Source: a virus
Taxonomy: Duplodnaviria; Heunggongvirae; Uroviricota; Caudoviricetes
Virus record (IMG/VR): IMGVR_UViG_3300046542_000259
Reading direction: 5' to 3' (one strand)
Length of the DNA stretch: 64,000 nt
Shown in pieces: positions 55,782 through 63,261 of the stretch. The notes under the pieces were generated by a model. It saw nothing but the letters and a program-made list of their open reading frames with translations. It was not told the DNA's origin and made no database searches. A program made the position numbers and the translations under genes. How positions within the stretch are numbered: the first letter of the stretch is position 1; every line of letters begins with the position of its first letter.

Positions 55782-57366
55782 TTCTATTGAGCTTATTTTC
55801 TTGAGCTTGGAAGCTCTGTGTCATTTTAAGTTGATTTTGTGCCGCTGTTCTATCCCTATCCGCCCCTTCAATCTCAACCTTAGTCTTCGCGTCGGGGTAC
55901 CCTTCACGTCGAGCTTCGAAGTCTGGATTGTTCGGGAATTGGTCTGGATTTTCGAGCATAGCTTTAAATTCTTCAACAGTGATGCTATCAGGCATGACAT
56001 CTGTTTTTTGAAGAATATCAAAAAGAACATCAATTGGAATGATATTCTCTTGGTACATCATAGTGAAGGCCCTAAACTCACGAGCATCGATCTGTGCGAA
56101 TAGGAAGTCACGGTTGACTTCTACCTGAGCATCGATGGTGTCGAGATTTTCGTTCTGCCAGTACAGCCACCAAGTGATTAGTTTGGTGAAGCCTTCATTG
56201 AGGCTGTTTGTAAGATTAAGGAGAAGAGACATTTCGTTCTTCTCTTTAACTTTAACAAGGTTATCAGATTCAGCAACAGCGGTTGATTTAGTGCCAAGCA
56301 TTCTTCCCCCCATGGCAGAAATGTTGGCCTCTTTTTCTTCCAATGCGCGTTCAAGGAAGATAAGCCCTTGACCATTATATTCAGCGATGCCGGGGGCCTT
56401 GTCGCCCTCGTACTCCCAAACGACATTAGGGCCGACGACATAATCGCCACCCTTATCATTTTGATTTTTAACTTGTACGTGGTAAATCGGAATGGCGGTA
56501 TAAAAACGTCCATGCTCTAATTGAGCTACGCTTTGATAGTGTGAAAGATTCATCAAAGCAATGTCGATTACGGGAGGCTTCTCGACTTGGGGGTTATTTG
56601 AGTAAGGGCCGAAGAAGACGAATGGAATGAAATTAAATGGGACGCCGAGACGCGTAGGTTCAATAACTTCAGGCTCTTCATCCGTCACCATCGACATGTT
56701 AAAAAATTTGGTGCGGTAAACGTATTGGCGATAAACGCCGTCATCGTCTAGACGGAGCTTACGATATAAGGCTTTATAACGGAGTGAGGAGGTTCTGAGT
56801 TGAACCGGGAAACTGTCACGATCTTCTTCAATTTCACGGAGAAGAACTTCTTTGAGTACGTAACGACCGTCAATTTCAACCACGGACCAATCAAGAATAT
56901 TTTCAGCAATATAATTTACAAGGAATGGAGTGCCACGGCCATTCTTATCCATATCGAGAAGGACGCCAGTTCTTCCAACGGAGAGAACTTCGTTAGCTGT
57001 ATCACGAATAAAGGTATTTAATCCAGAGCCATCTTTCGCTATGGATTTAATACCTTTATCAAATTGCTTTGGGAGATTTTTTACTTTAGGTTCGCGACGG
57101 AAGATTGTGCCACATAGGCCAGCAACGGTGCGCTGGGTCATATTGTAGAAATATGCTCTGTCCAAGAACGCAGAATACTCATCATTATTCTGAGCTTCCA
57201 TTTGTCTCAGATACTTGGAACCTTTGGATTTTACCGCGATTTCACCAATAATGGTATCGCGGAGTACTTCCCACGAGTAAGCCCAATATTGGTATTCAGG
57301 GTGACATTGGACAGATTCTTGTCCCACCGCTGTAACCACCTGTAAATTTTTATCGTTCGTCGCCAT
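55756..57366 (-). CDS. Portal protein (DUF4055-like)
   Basis: HPEY, YL, RA.FYN.T.RT, GR.GVL.D, AENI.DW, IPFV, KPP..D.A..N..HYQ..A.LEH. Confidence 0.9.
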   Translation of the reverse strand: MATNDKNLQVVTAVGQESVQCHPEYQYWAYSWEVLRDTIIGEIAVKSKGSKYLRQMEAQNNDEYSAFLDRAYFYNMTQRTVAGLCGTIFRREPKVKNLPKQFDKGIKSIAKDGSGLNTFIRDTANEVLSVGRTGVLLDMDKNGRGTPFLVNYIAENILDWSVVEIDGRYVLKEVLLREIEEDRDSFPVQLRTSSLRYKALYRKLRLDDDGVYRQYVYRTKFFNMSMVTDEEPEVIEPTRLGVPFNFIPFVFFGPYSNNPQVEKPPVIDIALMNLSHYQSVAQLEHGRFYTAIPIYHVQVKNQNDKGGDYVVGPNVVWEYEGDKAPGIAEYNGQGLIFLERALEEKEANISAMGGRMLGTKSTAVAESDNLVKVKEKNEMSLLLNLTNSLNEGFTKLITWWLYWQNENLDTIDAQVEVNRDFLFAQIDAREFRAFTMMYQENIIPIDVLFDILQKTDVMPDSITVEEFKAMLENPDQFPNNPDFEARREGYPDAKTKVEIEGADRDRTAAQNQLKMTQSFQAQENKLNRNVKKTKQL

Positions 57367-57398
57367 TGTTTTTCTTACATTCTTTTTATTATGTCGCG

Positions 57399-57427
57399 AC
57401 TATACCATAATAAATTTAAAATGTCAA
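57399..57427 (-). promoter_or_regulatory. Sigma70-type promoter for portal
   Basis: TTGACA-17 nt-TATAGT with TGG. Confidence 0.78.
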
Positions 57428-57467
57428 GCATTATTTTAATAAATACAGAAATAAAATTATTAAGTTA

Positions 57468-57935
57468 CTAAAAACTTGTTTTTAATTTCTCTCTAATTTC
57501 TTCTAAGATGTTACAAAATTCATTAGCGGTGAGGATTGTTCTGGACTTTACTTTTCCGCCGATGGGATGGAGCAGCATTTTATCCCCGGTATCGAGCAGA
57601 GCCTTTTTAAATTTCCTATTATCACAAATAGCAATAAATGCTGACTTTAATAGCTCGTAGTATTCGGCGCTGTCACGTTTATAGACCGTCCCGTTCCAAT
57701 ACAATAATTGCTTCGGTTGCCAGAGGAAATATTTTCCATACGTCTTAGCTTCAAATGGAGAAAGATCGCAGCACTTCAATTGAAGTTCGCGATCTTCTAC
57801 CTTAAAACTTTGGAGCAACGATTCCATGCTTCTTACTTTAACATTATCGAAAACAAATTTGTGTGGATAGAGGTTGCTCAGATGGGAGCCGGGATAGGCC
57901 ATGCCAGATGAAATAGTGATCACTTCTTCAAACAA
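57468..57935 (-). CDS. Phage NADAR protein (T4 gp30.3-like ADP-ribose hydrolase)
   Basis: LSNLYPH.F, SMESLLQSFK, LYWNG...RDS..Y, N..F..ALL.T, L.H..G, T.LT..EF. Confidence 0.75.
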   Translation of the reverse strand: MFEEVITISSGMAYPGSHLSNLYPHKFVFDNVKVRSMESLLQSFKVEDRELQLKCCDLSPFEAKTYGKYFLWQPKQLLYWNGTVYKRDSAEYYELLKSAFIAICDNRKFKKALLDTGDKMLLHPIGGKVKSRTILTANEFCNILEEIREKLKTSF

Positions 57936-58213
57936 TCCAAAAATTCTCTAACGTCTTGTGTCTTGATCAGCCAAACCGCTTCCTCCCTTGACACAGGTTC
58001 GATGTAATCATAATCTGTTTCGTAATAGTGGGTTCGAATTCCGAGCCAGAATTGCGCCGTCTTATCCTTGTTCCAATTTCTGAAAATGTACCATCCAGAA
58101 TTTGAGCCTAGATAATTGTTTTTCATGACACCGACAAGAATATTCTTTCTGTTCGGATCAACGCCGTCTGGATCGGGCGGGGTTACTAGTGGTAGTTCTA
58201 GTTGTTGTTCCAT
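57920..58213 (-). CDS. Hypothetical protein
   Basis: 97-aa ORF immediately after tRNA-Leu, AGGA RBS. Confidence 0.6.
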   Translation of the reverse strand: MEQQLELPLVTPPDPDGVDPNRKNILVGVMKNNYLGSNSGWYIFRNWNKDKTAQFWLGIRTHYYETDYDYIEPVSREEAVWLIKTQDVREFLDCLKK

Positions 58214-58232
58214 CCTAGCTTTCTTTAATAAA

Positions 58233-58318
58233 TGGTGCGGGCGAGAGGAGTCGAACCTCCATGCCTTGCGGCGCTGGAACCTAAATCCAGTGCGTATGAC
58301 CTATTTCGCCACGCCCGC
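58233..58318 (-). tRNA. tRNA-Leu(UAG)
   Basis: Cloverleaf, CUGGA-UU UAG GU-UCCAG, long variable arm, GGUUCGACUCC, encoded CCA. Confidence 0.93.
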
Positions 58319-58331
58319 AATTCCTTAAATA

Positions 58332-58407
58332 TGGTGCTCGTTGATGGAATCGAACCACCGATTAACTGACATGTAAAATCAGTGCCTTACCACTTGGCGA
58401 AACGAGC
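58332..58407 (-). tRNA. tRNA-Val(UAC)
   Basis: CUGAU-UU UAC AU-GUCAG, GGUUCGAUUCC, A73, encoded CCA. Confidence 0.85.
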
Positions 58408-58415
58408 TTTTATTT

Positions 58416-58489
58416 TGGACCAAACTCTAGGTAACTCTCCTAGTTAACTGATTCCACAGATCAGTGCATTAATTTTATGCTAAGCTTGG
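58416..58489 (-). tRNA. Non-canonical tRNA-His(GUG) or tRNA-like RNA
   Basis: 7-bp acceptor CCAAGCU/AGUUUGG, U73, CCA; 4-bp D stem; CUGAU-CU GUG GA-AUCAG; 5-bp T stem; D loop AAAAUUA and T loop AGAGUUA lack consensus. Confidence 0.7.
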
Positions 58490-59385
58490 ATTTTATTTTC
58501 TTCTCTTTTTATATCTTCATCAAACCATACAACTAAATTAATTCCTTGAGCTTTAGCGGCGTCCCATTTCAATTGATCGTTTTCACGCTTAAAGCCTTTA
58601 GTTTCAATATAGTATACAGTATCATCATTATTTTCAACTTTGAAATCTAGAAGATATGTCGCATCTTTCCCATTAACTTTGACATAAGGTATTCTATCTC
58701 TAGTATAATCCCATGATTTAATTAAGTTATTGTCTAACCAATTATCAAGGATAGCACAAGTCCTTAATTCATAAGTACCTTGAACTCGGTGATTTTTATA
58801 GGTGTACCACTTTGTTCTCCCGCCTAGAGGCAACTTGGTTCCGTCTCTATATTGCTGGGCAACAAAATTACTAATATATGTAGAAAAATTCCCATAATTT
58901 TCTGCGTTCTTTTTATGCATTTTCCTTATGTTAATTTTTCCAGCGCATTTTATCGAGCAATATATCTTCCTATTTTGGGCTTTATTATTTTTACTAACTG
59001 TGAATGTATTTCCGCAATAACAGGTCTTCTGTATTTCAATCTTTTTAGTTTTATTTAAAAGTGTAGTAGAAATTTTCTTATTCTTAGAGGCTTTAAAATC
59101 TTCGGATTTCTCTCTTTCCGCATTATTAAAACTTGCGGCATGTGAGGAATTACAAAATTTATTGTGTCTCTTCTCATACGGAAGGATAGAAAAACAAAAT
59201 AAGCACTTAGAGGGATTTAATCCATAATTAGTAGTATTATCTTTTATAATCTTTAAATTATCTTGTATCCTCCTTTCTTTATATTCTTCCATCAAAACTT
59301 TGTCATGAACTTTTTTATGTCCATTTAATGCTTGACTAGTTTTAAATTCTTTATTACAGATTTCGCACTCATAAATTTTATTCAT
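58480..59385 (-). mobile_element. Free-standing homing endonuclease-like gene: C2H2 and Cys-rich zinc fingers plus TnsA-like PD-(D/E)xK domain
   Basis: CEICNKEFKTSQALNGHKKVH; C..C/FC..SH and C.C/YCS..C knuckles; QG.YE, YLLDFKV, YYIETKG; AT-rich, inserted within tRNA array. Confidence 0.75.
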
Positions 59386-59408
59386 AATATTTTCTTGTTT
59401 TTATATAA

Positions 59409-59484
59409 TGGTTCTCAAGGCTGGCTACGATCCAACAACCTCTCGGGCCAAAACCGAGTGCTCTACCAATTGAGCTACTTGAGA
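59409..59484 (-). tRNA. tRNA-Gln(UUG), atypical T loop
   Basis: U1-A72, CUCGG-UU UUG GC-CCGAG, T loop AUCGUAG, encoded CCA. Confidence 0.82.
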
Positions 59485-59495
59485 TTATAATTTTT

Positions 59496-59582
59496 TGGTG
59501 GGTGTGGAAGGAATCGAACCTACTCACTCATAGAGAACGGATTTACAGTCCGCTGCACACTCTCCTACTTGGCCGCACACCC
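59496..59582 (-). tRNA. tRNA-Tyr(GUA)
   Basis: GCGGA-CU GUA AA-UCCGU, extended variable region, GGUUCGAUUCC, CCA. Confidence 0.9.
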
Positions 59583-59589
59583 TTATTAT

Positions 59590-59982
59590 TTAAACATCGT
59601 CGGGATATTTTTCTTTCAGTTTTTGTAGCGTTTCCAAATCTTTATTCTTCTTCGCCGCTAATCGTTTCGCTTTCTTAAGATCAGCCTCTTTCTTTTTCCG
59701 ATCTTCCTCGTCCTTAATCTTTTTAAGCGAAGCCTTGATAGAAGTGATTCGTTCCGTTACAGTAGCTTCATCTTTGCGGATCAGAACTAAACGGCCCATC
59801 GATTTGTTATTATACAAGTGGTGAAGGTTTCGTTGCAGAAATTCGAATTCTGCCTCAGTAATCTCTTCCCAGTCGGAGATGGAATTGGCTAATACTGTTC
59901 TGCTATTGTAATCATCGTAGTCCGAATAATCCATAGCTATAAAAATTTTAACTTCAACCATTGCTAAATTCCCATCTTTCAA
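59590..59982 (-). CDS. Hypothetical protein with basic coiled-coil tail
   Basis: 130-aa ORF between tRNAs; start possibly at the internal ATG (MVEVKI). Confidence 0.65.
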   Translation of the reverse strand: MKDGNLAMVEVKIFIAMDYSDYDDYNSRTVLANSISDWEEITEAEFEFLQRNLHHLYNNKSMGRLVLIRKDEATVTERITSIKASLKKIKDEEDRKKKEADLKKAKRLAAKKNKDLETLQKLKEKYPDDV

Positions 59983-59987
59983 AACTT

Positions 59988-60077
59988 TGGCTGGATCGGT
60001 TGGGGTCGAACCAACGTCTAACTCTCGTTAGAGACTCGGATTAACAATCCGGCACCTTACCACTCGGTCACGATCCA
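59988..60077 (-). tRNA. tRNA-Asn(GUU) with long (20-nt) variable arm
   Basis: UGGAUCG/CGAUCCA, G73, UU GUU AA loop, GGUUCGACCCC, CCA; 90 nt. Confidence 0.85.
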
Positions 60078-60368
60078 TTAAAAGGTTATACTATCTCTTT
60101 TAGTATTCCGTAATTACCTTATTCATTAACAATCAGAAAGTGTGCTATTACGCCAAATTCTCTAAGGGTCTTACGCAACATCTAAGGGGATTCTTGCCCT
60201 ACCCTCCCCAAATTAATTCAATGGCTTCGCCCATCAAACGTATCACGTAAACTGCGCTAATTCCTTCCCCTGTTGATCTATCTAAAACGTGGGCCGCTTT
60301 AGCCTCTTCAACTCGAAACTCTTTAAAAGATGGCTGCTTTTAAGCCAACTTCCTTAACTGATATTCTT

Positions 60369-60397
60369 GTGATACTTCAACATCTGTTTTGTGTCAA
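60369..60397 (-). promoter_or_regulatory. Possible internal promoter in tRNA cluster
   Basis: TTGACA-17 nt-TATCAC. Confidence 0.4.
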
Positions 60398-60406
60398 GCA
60401 TTAAAT

Positions 60407-60498
60407 TGGCAGAGGATGTGGGTTTCGAACCCACGAAACCTATTTCTAGGTTTGTCTCTTTAGCAAAGAGATGGTTTAGACCACTCACCCAATCCTCT
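60407..60498 (-). tRNA. tRNA-Ser(GCU)
   Basis: UCUCU-UU GCU AA-AGAGA, long variable arm, G73, CCA. Confidence 0.92.
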
Positions 60499-60506
60499 TT
60501 AATATA

Positions 60507-60725
60507 TTAAGAAATCGCGGCGTAATTTACCTTAGCCGGATCGACTAGATAGAGCTTGCCATCATTCGTCTTGATGCGCCACCAACTGCCTTCTAGATTT
60601 ACTTCAATCACATCTCTAATATTTAGATCGCGGCCCTGAGCGAAAACAACCTTTCGTTTATTTTCTAGAATAGTTTCAGAAGCAACGAAATCAGCGGTCT
60701 TGTCCTGCGGTGTAATAATACCCAT
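60507..60725 (-). CDS. Hypothetical protein
   Basis: 72-aa ORF with AGGA RBS between tRNAs. Confidence 0.65.
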   Translation of the reverse strand: MGIITPQDKTADFVASETILENKRKVVFAQGRDLNIRDVIEVNLEGSWWRIKTNDGKLYLVDPAKVNYAAIS

Positions 60726-60752
60726 TTTTAAATCCTATTAATAGTTAAATTT

Positions 60753-60827
60753 TGGAGACGAGAGTGAGATTCAAACTCACACTTGAGGGATTTGCAGTCC
60801 CTTGCATAATCCTTCTGCCTTCTCGTC
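60753..60827 (-). tRNA. tRNA-Cys(GCA)
   Basis: AGGGA-CU GCA AA-UCCCU, U73, T loop UUUGAAU, CCA. Confidence 0.88.
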
Positions 60828-60832
60828 GTTAA

Positions 60833-61438
60833 TTACTTACCAGCAGCTACACTTCGCTCTTGATCTGTAAAATCTCGAACCATGCCAGTACTTGCATATG
60901 TTGCGCTCTTCATCGCCATGCTACGAAACGCACCTTCATAACCACCAGCATACATATTAAGTGTCTGACCCATCGAATTACCTAGACCACCACTTTGACC
61001 AAACGCGTCAAAATCCGCGCCGATAAAGACTACCTCATAACCCTTGCCACGAAGATTGTCAAGGATAATTTTAGCGCCATCCTTAGTAATTTCGCGGCTC
61101 GCATTTTCCAAGCCATCAGTAACAATTACGATAGAAGCTTTCTTAGGCTTTGCCAAAGTAATGGTCTGATTCAGAATGCCAATTGAATCTAGGAGCGGCG
61201 TCATGGCGCGAGGCGTAAATTCCTGAACCGCGATTGGGGTCCAGTCCTTGACCTTGACATCCTTGCGAACGACTTTGAAAGGTTCTTGGCTGTCAAAGAC
61301 TGCAACGGTGACATCAGCCTTCTTAGTCGCCTTGTCCTCACCTAGGGCTTCGACATAAGCATTCACAGCGCCGATGGTTTCTACCCAGCGGGTATGCATC
61401 GAACCGGAACCATCAATAAGAATATATGATTTCATCAT
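60833..61438 (-). CDS. von Willebrand factor A domain protein
   Basis: MIDAS LIDGSGSM, TPLLDSIG, IVTDGLENAS, FIGA. Confidence 0.9.
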   Translation of the reverse strand: MMKSYILIDGSGSMHTRWVETIGAVNAYVEALGEDKATKKADVTVAVFDSQEPFKVVRKDVKVKDWTPIAVQEFTPRAMTPLLDSIGILNQTITLAKPKKASIVIVTDGLENASREITKDGAKIILDNLRGKGYEVVFIGADFDAFGQSGGLGNSMGQTLNMYAGGYEGAFRSMAMKSATYASTGMVRDFTDQERSVAAGK

Positions 61439-61464
61439 TTAAATTTCCTTGTGTCGGGAGGATA

Positions 61465-61556
61465 TGGAAGAGGGCGGGCAGTATCGAACTCCAATCGTAT
61501 CACTACGATCCGCCAGTTTTCAAGACTGGGCCTATCACCTGACAGGATCACCCTCC
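61465..61556 (-). tRNA. tRNA-Ser(UGA) with 8/4 acceptor/T geometry and Sec-like D arm
   Basis: 8-bp acceptor GGAGGGUG/CGCCCUCU, 6-bp D stem with 4-nt loop, CU UGA AA, 7-bp variable stem, 4-bp bulged T stem, CCA. Confidence 0.8.
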
Positions 61557-61566
61557 AAATTTTATT

Positions 61567-61854
61567 TCAAGCAAACAACGGTCTGGTGAAACAACGTTCT
61601 TCCTCAACCGTGGCATGCCCGTTAATAATTAAACCATATTGGATGTAGCCGAGCCAACCTCTAACTTTTCCATATGTGTAAACTTGACTAATACCAATAT
61701 TAGTTCTCAGGATATACAGCATCCAGAGAAGGTGTGGGAGACTTGTGCCTCCCGCATCTAATTCGTTTTTAGCTTCAATCCCAGCGTCATGCAGAATTTT
61801 AATGTATTTGTCAACCACTGTTACGCAGTTTAATAATCTTTCATCATCGGTCAT
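61567..61854 (-). CDS. Hypothetical protein
   Basis: 95-aa ORF overlapping speD stop; HLLWML, K..GWLGYIQ. Confidence 0.65.
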   Translation of the reverse strand: MTDDERLLNCVTVVDKYIKILHDAGIEAKNELDAGGTSLPHLLWMLYILRTNIGISQVYTYGKVRGWLGYIQYGLIINGHATVEEERCFTRPLFA

Positions 61855-62233
61855 AAGCTAGAAGAGGCTCCAACACAGCGTCGCGGTTTACAATTTTATA
61901 TGAGTATGACAGGGGCTGAAAATACTCATCAATCAATTTAAGTACTTCATCGGTGGAGAACGCTTTACAGGAAAATACATCCAAATAAAAGTCTCCTGAC
62001 ACATCCACGAAGTGACCACAAATGTTGCTGGTTTCGATCATTTGCACAAATGAAATTCCAGACTTAACCGGATCATGTGTGGCGAACCGCTCGATCCAGA
62101 GCGGGCCGTACTTAATCATATCGATCTTAACTACCAAGTCATCTACAAACTTAGCGATATTTTCCTTCGATGTTACAGAAGGGATATGCCCCGCTCTAGC
62201 GTCGATCAAGAGGTGCTGTCCCCAATACATCAT
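61844..62233 (-). CDS. speD: S-adenosylmethionine decarboxylase proenzyme
   Basis: GQHLLID, GISFVQMIETSNICGH (self-cleavage region), YLDVFSC. Confidence 0.85.
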   Translation of the reverse strand: MMYWGQHLLIDARAGHIPSVTSKENIAKFVDDLVVKIDMIKYGPLWIERFATHDPVKSGISFVQMIETSNICGHFVDVSGDFYLDVFSCKAFSTDEVLKLIDEYFQPLSYSYKIVNRDAVLEPLLAYDR

Positions 62234-62409
62234 GCCGGTAGTCCTTGAGATAGAACAATAATTGCGTTTACGCCGTCATGGATGACATAGGTCCACAACA
62301 TAAGCCCAAGATACCAATCGAAGTTCCATAAATCTTTCTTAAGCATTACATAAGCAATATATGGAATTACTAGGAACAAAGTAATTAAAGCAAGTGCAAA
62401 ACTCAACAT
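62230..62409 (-). CDS. Small membrane protein (59 aa, not in ORF track)
   Basis: MLSFALALITLFLVIPYIAY...; two hydrophobic segments; ATGA overlap with speD. Confidence 0.6.
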   Translation of the reverse strand: MLSFALALITLFLVIPYIAYVMLKKDLWNFDWYLGLMLWTYVIHDGVNAIIVLSQGLPA

Positions 62410-62412
62410 ATA

Positions 62413-62697
62413 TTAGAACCCTTGTCTCTTAGAACCAAATGGATACTTTTTACCTAGACATACAAACGGCTCGTAGCGTTCGTAACGTGGCTTGCGATAC
62501 GCGACCCATAACCGAGCCGAAGACGTAGTACCATCTTCGTTCTTGGTACGAGTTACAGTTGTGCGTCCCTCTACGAGTTGATCCAGAGCATGGACCTTGT
62601 AACCCTTCTTCTCCGACGTTTCAGTAGTTACTACGTAACGGCGTTCTTCTTCTGAAATTGGTGTTAAGCTTTCTAGTACGCTTGGTGTCGAATCCAT
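62413..62697 (-). CDS. Hypothetical protein
   Basis: 94-aa ORF with AAGGA RBS. Confidence 0.65.
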   Translation of the reverse strand: MDSTPSVLESLTPISEEERRYVVTTETSEKKGYKVHALDQLVEGRTTVTRTKNEDGTTSSARLWVAYRKPRYERYEPFVCLGKKYPFGSKRQGF

Positions 62698-62728
62698 TTA
62701 TTAATCCTTGTTACAGTTTCTAATTTAC

Positions 62729-62824
62729 TGGTGCGCGATCTAACCTCTAGAGGGATGTGGTCTAAGCATCCGCGATACTAGAGGTAGGAAAGAGGTGCAT
62801 ACCCTGAGACCATTTAATAGGGCA
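62729..62824 (-). ncRNA. Putative structured non-coding RNA ending in ACCA
   Basis: Stems UGCCCU/AGGGUA, ACCUCUAG/CUAGAGGU, GGAUG/CAUCC; loops share a 6-bp complementarity; 3' GCGCACCA. Confidence 0.55.
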
Positions 62825-62846
62825 GTGGGACATCTTTCAGTATTAT

Positions 62847-62921
62847 TGGAGCGGGCAGGGAATTTCGAAATCCCGACACCTAGTTTGGAAAACTAGTGCT
62901 CTACCTCTGAGCTATGCCCGC
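62847..62921 (-). tRNA. tRNA-Gly(UCC)
   Basis: CUAGU-UU UCC AA-ACUAG, U73, CCA. Confidence 0.92.
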
Positions 62922-62927
62922 ATTGTT

Positions 62928-63155
62928 TTACATTCTAATCGATTTTACTTCATCATCACTTAAGATTTGAGACAGTACGAACGCCTTGAAAAAGATTTCT
63001 GCATCTTCAGGGACGAAGGAGCAATCATGAAACATTCCTCGTTCTGATAAGGTGTAAAAGATTTCAGATGCTTTACGCCTGTCGTAACTTGGCATTTTTA
63101 CCCTGTCTAGATATTCACTCAGAAGCTCTGCCCTGTTATCTTCTTCATCGTCCAT
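62928..63155 (-). CDS. Hypothetical protein
   Basis: Start moved to ATG 63155 (MDDEED...) because called start lies in tRNA-Phe. Confidence 0.6.
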   Translation of the reverse strand: MDDEEDNRAELLSEYLDRVKMPSYDRRKASEIFYTLSERGMFHDCSFVPEDAEIFFKAFVLSQILSDDEVKSIRM

Positions 63156-63177
63156 ATTCGTCGTTCCTAATTTTAAA

Positions 63178-63253
63178 TGGTGCACCCAAAAGGGCTCGAA
63201 CCTTTGGCCTCTGGTGCTTCAAACCAGCGCTCTACCAACTGAGCTACAGGTGC
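63178..63253 (-). tRNA. tRNA-Phe(GAA)
   Basis: CUGGU-UU GAA GC-ACCAG, GGUUCGAGCCC, A73, CCA. Confidence 0.92.
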
Positions 63254-63261
63254 TAAACTAT

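Noticed and set aside
61465-61556. Selenocysteine tRNA (selC)
   Set aside because: Anticodon is UGA (reads UCA, Ser), not UCA; no selA/selB/selD in the window.
62729-62846. HDV-like (theta) or pistol ribozyme after tRNA-Gly
   Set aside because: The required pseudoknot and catalytic motifs could not be built by eye and the structure does not start at the tRNA 3' end; kept only as an unclassified RNA.
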